Shown one piece after another: positions 1 through 11,491 of a stretch of 64,000 bases of DNA. A model generated the notes under the pieces. It saw nothing but the letters and a program-made list of their open reading frames with translations, ran no database searches and was not told the DNA's origin. The stretch is from Macrostomum hystrix. Taxonomy: Eukaryota; Animalia; Platyhelminthes. The stretch covers positions 1,178,001 through 1,242,000 of the forward strand of contig CATNEN010000041.1 in NCBI GenBank assembly GCA_950097015.1, written 5' to 3'. Numbering within the stretch: position 1 is the first letter of the stretch; each line of letters opens with the position of its first letter. Made by a program: the position numbers and the translations under genes.

Positions 1-1
1 C

Positions 2-1452
2 TCTGCCGGCACCTCCCTGTTCGGCGGCTGGCGCCTGTGGCTGGCCTGCGGCGCTGCTAGCCTAGTGCCGCTGACGGATCTGTGGTCGGAGCGGCTGAAC
101 CGGCGTAACCAGTGGTGGCGGCCAGCCTCAGGCGGCCTTGGCGGCTTCGGCAGCGGTCGGTCTGTAGGCGTTGCGCAGTGCATGCTCGATGGCCCTGTGG
201 CCCGCCGGCCGGCTCCGCAGCCGCAGCAGAAGCAAAAGCAGCAGCCGCTGGAGGAGGTGACTTTTTGGCGCTTAAACAAATTAAACCATTGTCGTGATTG
301 AGTTCTGACACATAATCCATTGAGTTCCGACACATAATCCATTGAGTTCTGACACATAATCCATTGAGTTCCGACACATAATCCCTTGAGTTCCGACACA
401 TAATCCACTTGTGTTATATAGATAATCCCTTGCGATTTGATAGATAGTCCGTTGAGATTTGATAGATAGTCCGTTGAGATTTGAAATTGTCCTGATTCCC
501 AAACCCGGCAGGTCGCCCGGTCCCTGACCGCCCGCTCCGTAGAGCAGGCCTGCCGTCTCTGCACCAGCCGGGCGGTGGCCGAGGCCCGCGCAGGCCGGCC
601 GGACCGCGCCAGAGCCATGTGGCTGTCAGCTGCCAGCTTCTCCTATCCGCCCGCCCTGTTCAACCTGGGCCTGCTGGCCGCTAGCGCTGGCAGCTCGGCA
701 GAGGCGGTCGCCTACTATCGAGCCGCAGCCGACCTGGGACATCCGGCAGCCGCCTTCAACCTGTCCGTCATGCTTCGGCAGCAGGAGGAGGAAGAACAAG
801 ACGGTGACGAGCCGCTGACTGTCGGCGCTGGCGCTGTTGCTCTGGTAAGCCTTTAAACATTTTAAGTTTCTAATTTTAGTTTGCTCTACCTTTGGTAGTA
901 TAAACCTGATGTGCTCTGCGGACAGTATCTTTAATAATTTTTTACTTTTATAGCCGAAAAATATTTCTTTTCACTATTAATGCTACTTAAAGTAGCAATA
1001 TTAACACATGCAATATATTTCTACTCCCACCGCAGCAACCACCCGACGCCTCATCAGAGTCGCGGCGCTGGCTGTCGCGCGCGGCCAGCTCCGGTCTGGC
1101 GGAGGCTCTGCTTCTAGAAGCCGAGCAGCTGCTGGACGAGTCCCGGCCGGCCGAAGCCGAGCAGCGACTGCGCCGCCTCCTGGCCAGTCAGACGGCGTCG
1201 GCTTCTGCCACTGCCGCCGCCGAGCTTCTACTGTGTCGCTGTCATCGAGATCTTAGCAACAGCGTTAGCAGCAGCGACAGTAGTGACTGCGGCGGAGGCG
1301 GGGGCCTGCGTCGATGCAGCCGAAGCTCGCCGAATTTTTCTAGCTTTGACATCGGCGGTGGCGGCGGCGAGCTCAGGCTGGTCGGCACGCAGGCCAAGGC
1401 GCACTTTTATCCATCATTCTACAGCAAATGCAAGCAGCTGCACAAGTACTGA
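2..1452 (+). CDS. Sel1-like repeat (TPR) protein, 5'-partial, possibly DELE1-like; exons <2-256, 512-844, 1036-1452
   Basis: Phase-0 GT-AG introns join three open exons. Translation includes SLR motifs AASFSYPPALFNLG, AVAYYRAAADLGHPAAAFNL and ESRRWLSRAASSGLAEA. Stop TGA at 1450-1452. The start lies upstream of the window. The DELE1 assignment is from remembered motif similarity only. Confidence 0.75.
295..410. repeat. 22-bp tandem repeat in intron 1 of the Sel1-repeat gene
   Basis: Unit CCATTGAGTTCYGACACATAAT, about 5 copies. Confidence 0.9.
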
Positions 1453-1689
1453 GGGCTGGCCATGAGATTTACTATTGCTACTCAACAGAATACAGAAGGC
1501 ATGAGAATGCTGGAGCTGTCATCATGGACTGTTTGGATCTCACAGAAGGCTCACAGAATTTCTTTTTTGCGTTGTTCGGAGCTCATTGCTTTACTTGCAT
1601 CTTGTATTATAAACATGGCTTTCAGAATTCTTCCGTTCAAATTGCGCTCTTAATCCATCCAGAGACTCGCGACCTTAAACCATAGAGAC

Positions 1690-3602
1690 TCGCCCCTTAA
1701 TCTATGGAGACTCGCCCCTTAATCCATGGAGACTCGCCCCTTAATCCATGGAGACTCGCCCCTTAATCCATGGAGACTCGCCCCTTAATCCATGGAGACT
1801 CGCCTCTAAATCCATAGAGACTCGCCCATAAAGCCATAGAGACTCGCCCATAAAGCCATAGAGACTCGCCCATAAAGCCATAGAGACTCGCCCATAAAGC
1901 CATAGAGACTCGCCCATAAAGCCATAGAGACTCGCCCCTTAATCCATAGATTTTCGCCCCTTAATCCATAGAGACTCGCCCCTTAATCCATAGAGACTCG
2001 CCCCTTAATCCATAGAGACTCGCCCCTTAATCCATGGAGACTCGCCCCTTAATCCATGGAGACTCGCCCCTTAATCCATAGAGACTCGCCCCTTAATCCA
2101 TAGAGACTCGCCTTTTAATCCATAGAGACTCACCCTTTAATCCATGGAGACTCGTCCCTTAACCCGCAAAAAAATAGGGATGTTTCTTTGGGTGATTCCA
2201 GTTGGAATCTGCGGTGTTTCCAGAAAAAGAAACAGCCGACCGCTGGAAACATACCAATCGGATGATTCCATGCTTAGAATCTACCCAACTGGGCGTTTTC
2301 TCGGAGCTTCTTTGTGGCGAAATGGAATCACCCAAAGAATCCTCCAGTTCGGAAGATTCCATGCTCAGAAACCGCCGAGGAATCGCCCGTAAATAATTCT
2401 CTGGTTGTCCCATGGGCCACTGGTTCGGGTGATTCTTCGGCGGTTTCCGCACAATTTACGGTTACATCGGCTGCTTCCTGGGTGGTTTCTTTAACTCTTG
2501 CGAGATAGGGGGATTTTTGGTAGATTCCACTCCTATTTTGCACAAAAAACCCGCCGAAGAAGCAGCCGAATTTTTTACAGGGAATCCATAGAGACTCGCC
2601 CCTTAATCCATAGAGACTCGCCCCTTAATCCATAGAGACTCGCCCCTTAAACCATAGAGACTCGCCCCTTAATCCATAGAGTCTCGCCCCTTAATCCATA
2701 GAGACTCGCCCATAAAGCCATAGAGACTCGCCCATAAAGCCATAGAGACTCGCCCCTTAATCCATAGATTCTCGCCCCTTAATCCATAGAGACTCGCCCC
2801 TTAATCCATGGAGACTCGCCTCTAAATCCATAGAGACTCGCCCATAAAGCCATAGAGACTCGCCCATAAAGCCATAGAGACTCGCCCATAAAGCCATAGA
2901 GACTCGCCCATAAAGCCATAGAGACTCGCCCATAAAGCCATAGAGTCTCGCCCCTTAATCCATAGAGACTCGCCCATAAAGCCATAGAGACTCGCCCATA
3001 AAGCCATAGAGACTCGCCCCTTAATCCATAGATTCTCGCCCCTTAATCCATAGATTCTCGCCCCTTAATCCATAGAGACTCGCCCCTTAATCCATGGAGA
3101 CTCGCCCATAAAGCCATAGAGACTCGCCCATAAAGCCATAGAGACTCGCCCATAAAGCCATAGAGACTCGCCCATAAAGCCATAGAGACTCGCCCATAAA
3201 GCCATAGAGTCTCGCCCCTTAATCCATAGAGACTCGCCCATAAAGCCATAGAGACTCGCCCATAAAGCCATAGAGACTCGCCCATAAAGCCATAGAGACT
3301 CGCCCCTTAATCCATAGATTCTCGCCCCTTAATCCATAGAGATTCGCCCCTTAATCCATGGAGACTCGCCTCTAAATCCATAGAGACTCGCCCATAAAGC
3401 CATAGAGACTCGCCCATAAAGCCATAGAGACTCGCCCCTTAATCCATAGATTCTCGCCCCTTAATCCATAGAGACTCGCCCCTTAATCCATGGAGACTCG
3501 CCCATAAAGCCATAGAGACTCGCCCATAAAGCCATAGAGACTCGCCCATAAAGCCATAGAGACTCGCCCCTTAATCCATGGAGAATCGCCCCTTAATCCA
3601 TT
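1690..3602. repeat. 22-bp minisatellite with two alternating variants, interrupted at 2163-2582
   Basis: Units GAGACTCGCCCCTTAATCCATA and GAGACTCGCCCATAAAGCCATA occur in blocks. Confidence 0.95.
2163..2582. mobile_element. Non-autonomous CACTA/EnSpm-like element (MITE) inserted in the 22-bp satellite
   Basis: Ends CCCGCAAAAAAA and TTTTTTACAGGG are imperfect TIRs. AA is duplicated on both sides (2161-2162, 2583-2584), splitting a satellite unit. Internal inverted repeats: CTTTGGGTGATTCCA/TGGAATCACCCAAAG and GAAACCGCCGAGGAATCGCCCG/CGGGTGATTCTTCGGCGGTTTC. Confidence 0.6.
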
Positions 3603-4254
3603 GAGACTCAACTTTGAGACTAAAGTCGTCAAATATCTGTAGTTTGAACGTTGTTTTGGCAGTTCCAACTGTTTATCCCAGTTAAAATAGAGTTAGTTTT
3701 TTTCGCGAACTATTGAAACCGTTTAAGACATGTTTTTAGTCATTTTAAGCTGTTCGAGTTGCCTGCAAATTTTCTATAGACATATTTAAAAATAAAAAGT
3801 ATTGCACTGTTTCACTATGCGGAGATATGAGTTAGTTTTTTTAGAATAAATTTCGTATGTCTTCGACTACTTTGTAAGGCCATTTGATTCTTTCTGTGTC
3901 TGAGAAGATCGTTTTACTGTTTAAACTCGGCTCGACTGCTCTCGGAAATACTTAAAGCTTACTTTTTGCTTAGGCATTTGTGTGCTGGAGGGAAAACTGA
4001 AACTCCAAGGGCAAATTCTCAGTTTAAAAACTTTCTTTTTCTAATTTGAGCACCGAGAGATCAATACTTCAGGTTGAGTTGCCCCAGGTGCGAAAATGCT
4101 CAAGCACTGAGCAAACTGGAGTAATTCAAACTTTTTTTCAGTTTTTTAGATTTTCTTTGACTCCCACACTGTTCTCAGTTGAGTGTATGAAAACCCGTAT
4201 TCGAGGGTCCTGCCGACCATCTGGAGTTAACAGTTTCCTCAGTTCCCATATAGA

Positions 4255-5020
4255 GCCTCAGTTCCCATATAGAGCCTCAGTTCCCATATAGAGCCTCAGT
4301 TCCCATATAGAGCCTCAGTTCCCATATAGAGCCTCAGTTCCCATATAGAGCCTCAGTTCCCATACCCATGGGATCAGCTGCTGCCTCAGTTCCCTTTCTG
4401 ATTGGATCTGCTGCTGCCTCAGTTCCCTTTCTAATGGGATCTGCTGCTGCCTCAGTTCCCTTTCTGATGGGATCTGCTGCTGCCTCAGTTCCCTTTCTGA
4501 TGGGATCTGCTGCTGCCTCAGTTCCCTTTCTAATGGGATCTGCTGCTGCCTCAGTTCCCTTTCTGATTGGATCTGCTGCTGCCTCAGTTCCCTTTCTAAT
4601 GGGATCTGCTGCTGCCTCAGTTCCCTTTCTAATGGGATCTGCTGCTGCCTCAGTTCCCTTTCTAATGGGATCTGCTGCTGCCTCAGTTCCCTTTCTGATG
4701 GGATCTGCTGCTGCCTCAGTTCCCTTTCTGATTGGATCTGCTGATGCCTCAGTTCCCTTTCTAATGGGATCTGCTGCTGCCTCAGTTCCCTTTCTGATGG
4801 GATCTGCTGCTGCCTCAGTTCCCTTTCTAATGGGATCTGCTGCTGCCTCAGTTCCCTTTCTGATTGGATCTGCTGCTGCCTCAGTTCCCTTTCTGATGGG
4901 ATCTGCTGCTGCCTCAGTTCCCTTTCTAATGGGATCTGCTGCTGCCTCAGTTCCCTTTCTGATGGGATCTGCTGCTGCCTCAGTTCCCTTTCTAATGGGA
5001 TCTGCTGCTGCCTCAGTTAT
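4255..5020. repeat. 19-bp repeat followed by a 33-bp minisatellite sharing the GCCTCAGTTCCC core
   Basis: GAGCCTCAGTTCCCATATA about 5 copies, then GGGATCTGCTGCTGCCTCAGTTCCCTTTCTRAT about 20 copies. Confidence 0.95.
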
Positions 5021-8000
5021 CATGCTGATGGCATCAGCTGCCGTATCATAAGAAATTAATTTTCCAAAGCGAGTTGTCAGTGAATTTCATTCACACAGGC
5101 AGCAACTGTTCCTCTAGCACCTGTGGCCTACGCACACCAAATACTTATTGATCCCAGCAACCCGATCAGCGCTTTATTCAATTCTCCTAAGCGCGCGGAC
5201 ACGAATTCAAACTGGCTGGGGTAGTCGCAATATTATATTGGCTCTCCCAATATAATATTCATATTTGTTCTAGTTTCCAGACTGCAATCATTGAACACAA
5301 AAGAATTGTCAGTTATTTAATGCGGAAGCGAATTCCTCCCGGCTTGAGCACGCGGCTGAGCATACCTGGCTGCTTGTGAGGCCCAGTCGAGGAAGCCGAG
5401 ATCCCCTTGTCCTAACGAGGAAATTTGGCGCTGAGGGGGTGGGGCGACTGGCGCGGGGCTCTCGAGAAGGCAGCGGAAAATAAGAGGCAAGGAGAAATTG
5501 AAAAGCTGCGAGTCGCTGTCCAGAGAGCCGGGCTCTCACCTACAAGGCCAGTGAGGCAGACCACTTGTTTGATCAGTCCTATTTGCCTGCCCCCTGCCCG
5601 ACTGCGGAGTTGGGACTGTCAGGTGCTCAGACAGACAGGGAAAGGTCCCGTCTCCTACCTCAACCCGACTGAAATGCGGAAAGTTGGCGTGCAGCCGGGA
5701 GTTGCTGCTTTTCCCAATAAAAGTGGGAGTTAATTTGGAAGCAGATAGAGAGCCGAAATCAATCCGCCGCCAATGCGCGCTTCCAAGATTTGCTATCGAG
5801 AATGGGCTGAGCTCCGCAGCTTGTTGAGCATGGGGAGCAAGTTGCACGCGCTGAGAAACGGAGCAGCAACTGCAGCCAATGGGCGCTCTTGTCCGTGACT
5901 CCCCTTGTCTCCGATCCCAATGAGCGCTGGCGAGTCACTTTAAAAGGGAGATCAGTTGCGGGCTAGCCTGCTGTCTGCCCGAACCGCTGTTAGCGAGTGC
6001 TTCATTGTGTAGCCATGGACTGGACATTGTATTCATGTCCAACAAAGCAGTATTATTAATTAATTAAACTCCTCGATCCCATAAATACAATAAGCGAAGC
6101 CAAATCAAACGAGGCCGGATTGACCGAAGCCCCGTTGACGAGCGCAGCAACAATTGCTTGCACTGCCGAATCGGAATCTGTTCACGCTGATTTTGCGACA
6201 AAGATTACCGCGCAGAACCTGTTCAAACAGTTGATTGACAAGGTCCGCCTAACTATAATAGTCTCAAGTGTGTATTCGTTGTCGTTGAAATCAGCCGAAC
6301 AGATTCGATAATCTGCTAACTGAATAGTGCACGGTCGAACAACGAATTTCGAGCATCCCTTTTTCAAGACCACAAATATTTTTAGTCCATACGCATACAA
6401 GTGATTTAAGGGATAAAGTGTAAGAAAAAAATGTTTTTTCAAGCCATGCGGTATCGGTCATACGCGGGTGAAATTTAAAGAAGCACTCGACCTATAAAAA
6501 CTAAAATCCTACATTTGCATGTCTTAGGTATAGCCTCACAGCAAGCTATATACTTCCGAACATTACAATTCTGAATACTTAATTGGAAACGACAATCTTG
6601 TATTTTAAATGGTCCTGAAATAGGCCTAATTTCTAAAGCAATCGTGGTTTGCATAAAAAAGACATACATCAAATAAAATATGAAACGTGAAAGCTTGCAA
6701 CTTTGTTCAATCATTTTTTAGCATAGAGATTTATTATTTTAAATAAATCTGCTAAAACTACGATTTAAGATGATCTGAAAATTACGAAGCAAAATACGAA
6801 ATGCGAATGCGAAGAGAATGTGAAAAATGTAGTACGAGTATAAATGCTGTGGTATTTGGCTTATGTTTTAAAAATTCCACAAACGATTACAGCTATGCAA
6901 CAGTTATACCAAGGACCACTTTTCTACTCCTAGTCGTCCTTGAGTTTACTATAAAGGTCTTTGGCTAAACCAAAAAAGTAAGTCGAACAAACACATCGAA
7001 GTCATTGCCAAACGTTATTGAATTACGCTTAGTGTCTAAGACTGCATGTGTTTTATTTTCGTTCAGTCCAGTATGCACTTCTACAGTATGTGTGCAAAAT
7101 TAAAATCGGGATTTTTTAATTTCGTCTCCGTAAACTGCGGGATCCAATGTGCATTTTTAGATCTTTTGATCAGTTGACAAAAATCTCAAATCAAAATGGC
7201 TTGTTAAGGTTTTTTACACAAACGAAGCAAAAGCAAATACAAATACGAAAATTCACATATTTTACTCTAAACTAGCCAAGAGCATTTACACATTTCGTTA
7301 AAATTTTATATGATACCATCGTCCTTTATTAACGCATTTTTGTTATTGTTTGGTAGTCTCCATGACGAGGCATCACCTCGAATTTTATATTGCTTCTGTA
7401 AGCGCATTTATCAGTGCACATTACTGATAATTTGAGTTGGGTCTTGTCCTTTGTATTGAGCTGCTTTAATTTTGGAACTACTTATTATCTTTATCGTCTG
7501 TGGCTGCTAAAAGTGGCTTAGTGTTTTTATTCTTGGGATTAACATTTCATGCTCTTTTTGAGTGGGCTTGATAGTAATAAAATCAAAGTATTAGAAATCG
7601 ATACTTACTTCTTATTTTACTGTGTTATTCACCACCCACTTTGTATTTGTTATTTATTAAATATTAAATAATGATAACATGAGCGCCACAGTTTTTTAAA
7701 TAAGCTAATTAGTCCAAAAAGTCAGTTTGTCTACTACCTAAACTGTTCAAACAGTATGTTTTACACTAACACGACTTTTTTGAGAGATAGACACAACTTT
7801 AAATTTATTTTTTGTTCTACTTCGAATGCCGACAAAATGTCTTTGCCGACTTAACACGCCAGTTTATTTGCGAAAATTAAAAGAAGTTCTTAAATTTCTT
7901 AGTGGACATAGTATTTTATAATATATATCTAATTAGCCAGAAAGTCAGCTACATCCCTAATTTCTTTATATGTTTCAAAGTTTTTATAGTTTATCAGCCT

Positions 8001-8347
8001 TAAAATAAAATATCTGCTACATTTATTTTTGTAAGCTTTACAGTTGGTTTAAATTAAATTGTGTTTAATCTTTCATTAGCCTTTTTTGCCCAGAATCAGA
8101 TAGTGAAAAAGTTTACCTGAAAACATAAAATGATTAATTAAATGCAATAAAATAAGTCTTAAATAACATAATTCGACCCAAAGAACCTGATTCTGTCTAC
8201 CTTTTATCGAGCAAAACCTAAGTCAAGCAAGTTAATTTACAGAGGCTGCATTTATATAAAGAGCAAAGACATTGTTTAACATTTTACAAGTTTGTCTAAT
8301 TGAATGGGCACGTTGTGATCCGCCATGTGCGCCCACAGATACCGAGC

Positions 8348-8635
8348 ATGCCGGCCAACGCCAATGTGCAAATTCGCTACTCCCAGTACGTGGCCTGCGG
8401 CATCGCCGATTATCGAGAGAGCCGCCTTCGTGGCCTTCAGGCGTCCCTGACCGCGGCAGGCCACAACGTCAGCCTGCAGAGACTCGAGCCAGCCGGTCTG
8501 CGAGACATTGTCGAGCTGTGGGTCAATGGCGAGCGCGTCTTCGCTTGCCAGATGCTCGAACTGGACTACGGCGGTGATGGACAGCTGGACCCGCTGTGCG
8601 CGCAGGCCACCCAGGCTGTGCTTGCCGCCTACTGA
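8348..8635 (+). CDS. C10orf53: UPF0728 family protein (C10orf53 homologue), single exon, 95 aa
   Basis: MPANANVQIRYSQY...RLRGLQASL...GHNVSL...VELWVNGERVF...LDYGGDGQLDPLCAQATQAVLAAY follows the C10orf53 pattern (MPKNA...Y...RLQGLQAVL...GH.V.L...VEL.VN.E...GGDG.LDPLC...AV..AY) over its full length. Confidence 0.9.
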   Translation: MPANANVQIRYSQYVACGIADYRESRLRGLQASLTAAGHNVSLQRLEPAGLRDIVELWVNGERVFACQMLELDYGGDGQLDPLCAQATQAVLAAY

Positions 8636-9888
8636 GTGACTGACTCACTGCTTTCACTGATGAGTTTGCCATTAGCGTATCCTAACCTTCTAAGAACTCA
8701 AACTCTAGCCCGCTGTAAATATTAACTTACTAGTTTTTTGTTTGCAAATCTGACAGATTTTTCCTCTAAATAAATTAATAAATTTGCATATCCTACGCGT
8801 TTTATACTACTTATTCAGTAGTAAAAATATGCATTTCATGAGCCTGTTTAGATCGGATTGACTTCGATTATAAAATGCCATCATGATTTATTCGCAGCTG
8901 AATAATAACTGCCATCGTCTCGCTCTCTCATGGCGCTGTTTAGAAGGGGCGGCTCTCCAAGTTATCGGTGCCAGGGGGAGTGCAATTGGCCAGGTAGATT
9001 AACTGGCTGATGCGGACCGACGGAATTTCTTGGAAAGTCGAAAATCCGGAAAATGGACTGCCTGACTCGTAGTGATGCTTCAGTGGGGACAAAACTCAAA
9101 AGTAACAAAAGCGGCAGCTTCATTTTTAAGTGCCAAAGCGCTCGAATAAAAGAACTATTCGATTACTGATTGACGTAAAACTGAGGATTGAGGAAACTCA
9201 TGCATTAGCAATGAAGTACGTCAGGGCAATATTTGATACTTATTAGTCAGACTAATTTGTGGCCTCTCGCAAGCATGTTTATAAAATACCCGAAAATTTT
9301 ATTCCTTTCCCACATATAAATCTATATATATAAAAGTGAAAACTCTGTCTGTGTGTGTGTGTGTCTGTCTGTGTGTGTGCAACCTTTTGTCTTTATAGAC
9401 GCCGAAACCGCTCAACCAAATCGCACCAAACTTTGCACATACCTAAAACCACCTACGCTGAGTGCAATAGGCTACTCAAATTCCCGAAAAATCATTTCCT
9501 TCCTGCTCAAAAGTGCAAAAAACTGCTCAAAAATCGTCAAAAAATCACTCAATTCGACATATCGTCGCCCCACTTTGTCAGATTTTCTCCAAGTTTGATC
9601 CACTTACACTTTACATGTTTTCCAACAATGCTGTCAATTTTGAACATCTCTACTCAATCCAGAGCAAAGCTGCATCATCTCAAAGTGAGTCACTTTTTGT
9701 TTTCCGAGGACAGCCACCCCAACTCCCCTCCGCCACTCTGCGGGCCAAATTTTATTACAGCCACCCCCTCCCTTCCCCGGGCGCCGAAGCCCCAGACTGT
9801 ACATTGTATTTCAAGCCGTGAATGTACACAGCCCAAACCCCTAGACTGTCTACTGGCCCCCAAGCAGCACTGAGACTGAGTGCGGTGA

Positions 9889-10584
9889 GTGCGGTGGCGT
9901 CCCAGTGCGCAGGGCTCTCCGGTTGATATTTCTCTCCAGCCAGCCTATTTCTCTCGATATGCTGACGTTGACTGGCTGTCAGAGAGGGCAATTCTGTGTC
10001 CTAGAAATGATGCCGCCAACGAAATTAACTACCAACTGCTTCAGGAGTTGCCAGGTGCAGTTTTCACCTACAAGTCAATTGATACAACGTTGACTGATGA
10101 CACCGCTGTGGAGTATCCTGTTGAGTTTCTGAACTCTCTAGATCCTCCTGGAACTCCATCGCACAACTTGCAGCTGAAAGTTGGGGCACCAATTATGCTC
10201 CTCCGCAACCTGAATGCGCCAATGCTGTGTAACGGCACCAGACTGATAGTCAGGCGGCTCTTCCCACACGTGATTGAGGCCACGATAATGACTGGATCTG
10301 GCAGAGGAGAGTCTGTGTTCGTTCCCCGGATTCCAATTATCCCCACGGACCTGCCATTTCAGTTCAAGCGACTGCAGTTCCCTGTGAGAGTGTGCTTTGC
10401 GATGACTATTAACAAGGCTCAGGGACAGTCGCTGAAGGTGGCTGGCATCAACCTGGAGACTCCTTGCTTCTCGCATGGGCAGCTTTATGTCGCCTGCTCC
10501 CGTGTTGGAACTCCAGCTGGCCTATTCATTTTCGCACCAAGGGGAAGAACGAAGAATGTGGTGTATCCCCAGGCCTTGAGGTGA
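9889..10584 (+). pseudogene. C-terminal fragment of Helitron RepHel PIF1-family helicase
   Basis: WLSERAILCPRND, PPGTPSHNLQLKVGAPIMLLRNLN, LCNGTRL, FKRLQFPVRVCFAMTINKAQGQSL, FSHGQLYVACSRV. The Rep domain and N-terminal helicase motifs are absent and there is no ATG start. Confidence 0.9.
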
Positions 10585-10736
10585 CTCGCAAGCAATTAAT
10601 AGAAAAGTAGTCACGAATTGACCTTGACCTGTCTAACTCTGAACTCTGAAACAGTTTAATTTTGTTTCTTTGACATTGTTATTGTTATGCCATAACTATT
10701 TTCCTTATGTATACGCGTGTACATGCATACTGTATA

Positions 10737-10982
10737 CAGAGGCAGATTTAGGGGGGGGGCGGGGGGCAGTCGCCCCCCCCAAAATTTTAATCATGGGAAT
10801 AAGATGCCCCCACCAGGGGCGTCAGTCGCAGCACTTTTTCAGCCGCTGGCTCCCGTTTTTCAGCCGCTGGCGCCCTTTCTTGGCTCCTGGCGCCCTTTTT
10901 CGGCCGCTGGCACCCCCTCCGTGATTCTCATGGCGCTCCCCTGACAGACCGCCCCAAAACAAAATTCCTGGATCTGCCACTG
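10737..10982. mobile_element. hAT-family MITE nested in the Helitron
   Basis: TIRs CAGAGGCAGATTTAGG and CCTGGATCTGCCACTG. Perfect 8-bp TSD ACTGTATA at 10729-10736 and 10983-10990. Confidence 0.88.
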
Positions 10983-11491
10983 ACTGTATAGAGGAGTGGC
11001 TAAGAGACATGTTTCTAAAGAAGTAATCAAGAGGGGGCTGTTTGGACAAACTTTTCACTTATTTTTTACTTAAAACGCCCTTAAACAAACTCTTCACTTT
11101 TCATTAATGCAGTAAATAAATAAATGGTGACCGTCACTATAAAGTTAATACAGAGACGTGAATTGCTTACTGCTTTGCTTTAAATTTCTGCCCCAGAAAC
11201 AACGGGCAAAAAAAGCTAGTACATTATAAGAAAGAAATATTTAAGTACAGCATTAGCCAGCATTATGATTGAAAAACTGAGTTCGCATTATTTCAAGTAC
11301 GATAATCATGCAGCGAAGGTGCAGAAATAGAATCGGCGAGAAAATAGGCAGATGAGCTGGTTCTGCATGCAATTCATAATCAGTCCAAACAATGTACACG
11401 CTGCACAAGTACACAATGTACTGATAGACTGGAATATACCAAGAACTTCGAGTTTTTCAGAGATTCAATGAACTCGACATGCGCCCAGCTC

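Larger units (their letters stand above)
9321..11219 (+). mobile_element. Non-autonomous Helitron
   Basis: 5' TC end (TCTATATATATAAAAG) after A9320. 3' hairpin CCC..GGG followed by CTAG (11216-11219) and T11220. A|T insertion site with no TSD. Carries a PIF1-type helicase fragment. Confidence 0.9.

Noticed and set aside
4334-5051. Long repetitive ORFs here and at 18903-19573, 20016-21641, 39693-40149, 41458-42036, 44218-45849, 49052-49538 and 60813-61554 as proteins
   Set aside because: They are translations of minisatellites, often open on both strands or in several frames, and several lie in introns of real genes.
6050-8250. AT-rich stretch with short ORFs as a gene or transposase remnant
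   Set aside because: There are no recognisable motifs, TIRs or consistent splice structure.
9889-10584. Host PIF1 helicase gene
   Set aside because: It is only a C-terminal fragment, has no start codon, and is enclosed by Helitron termini.
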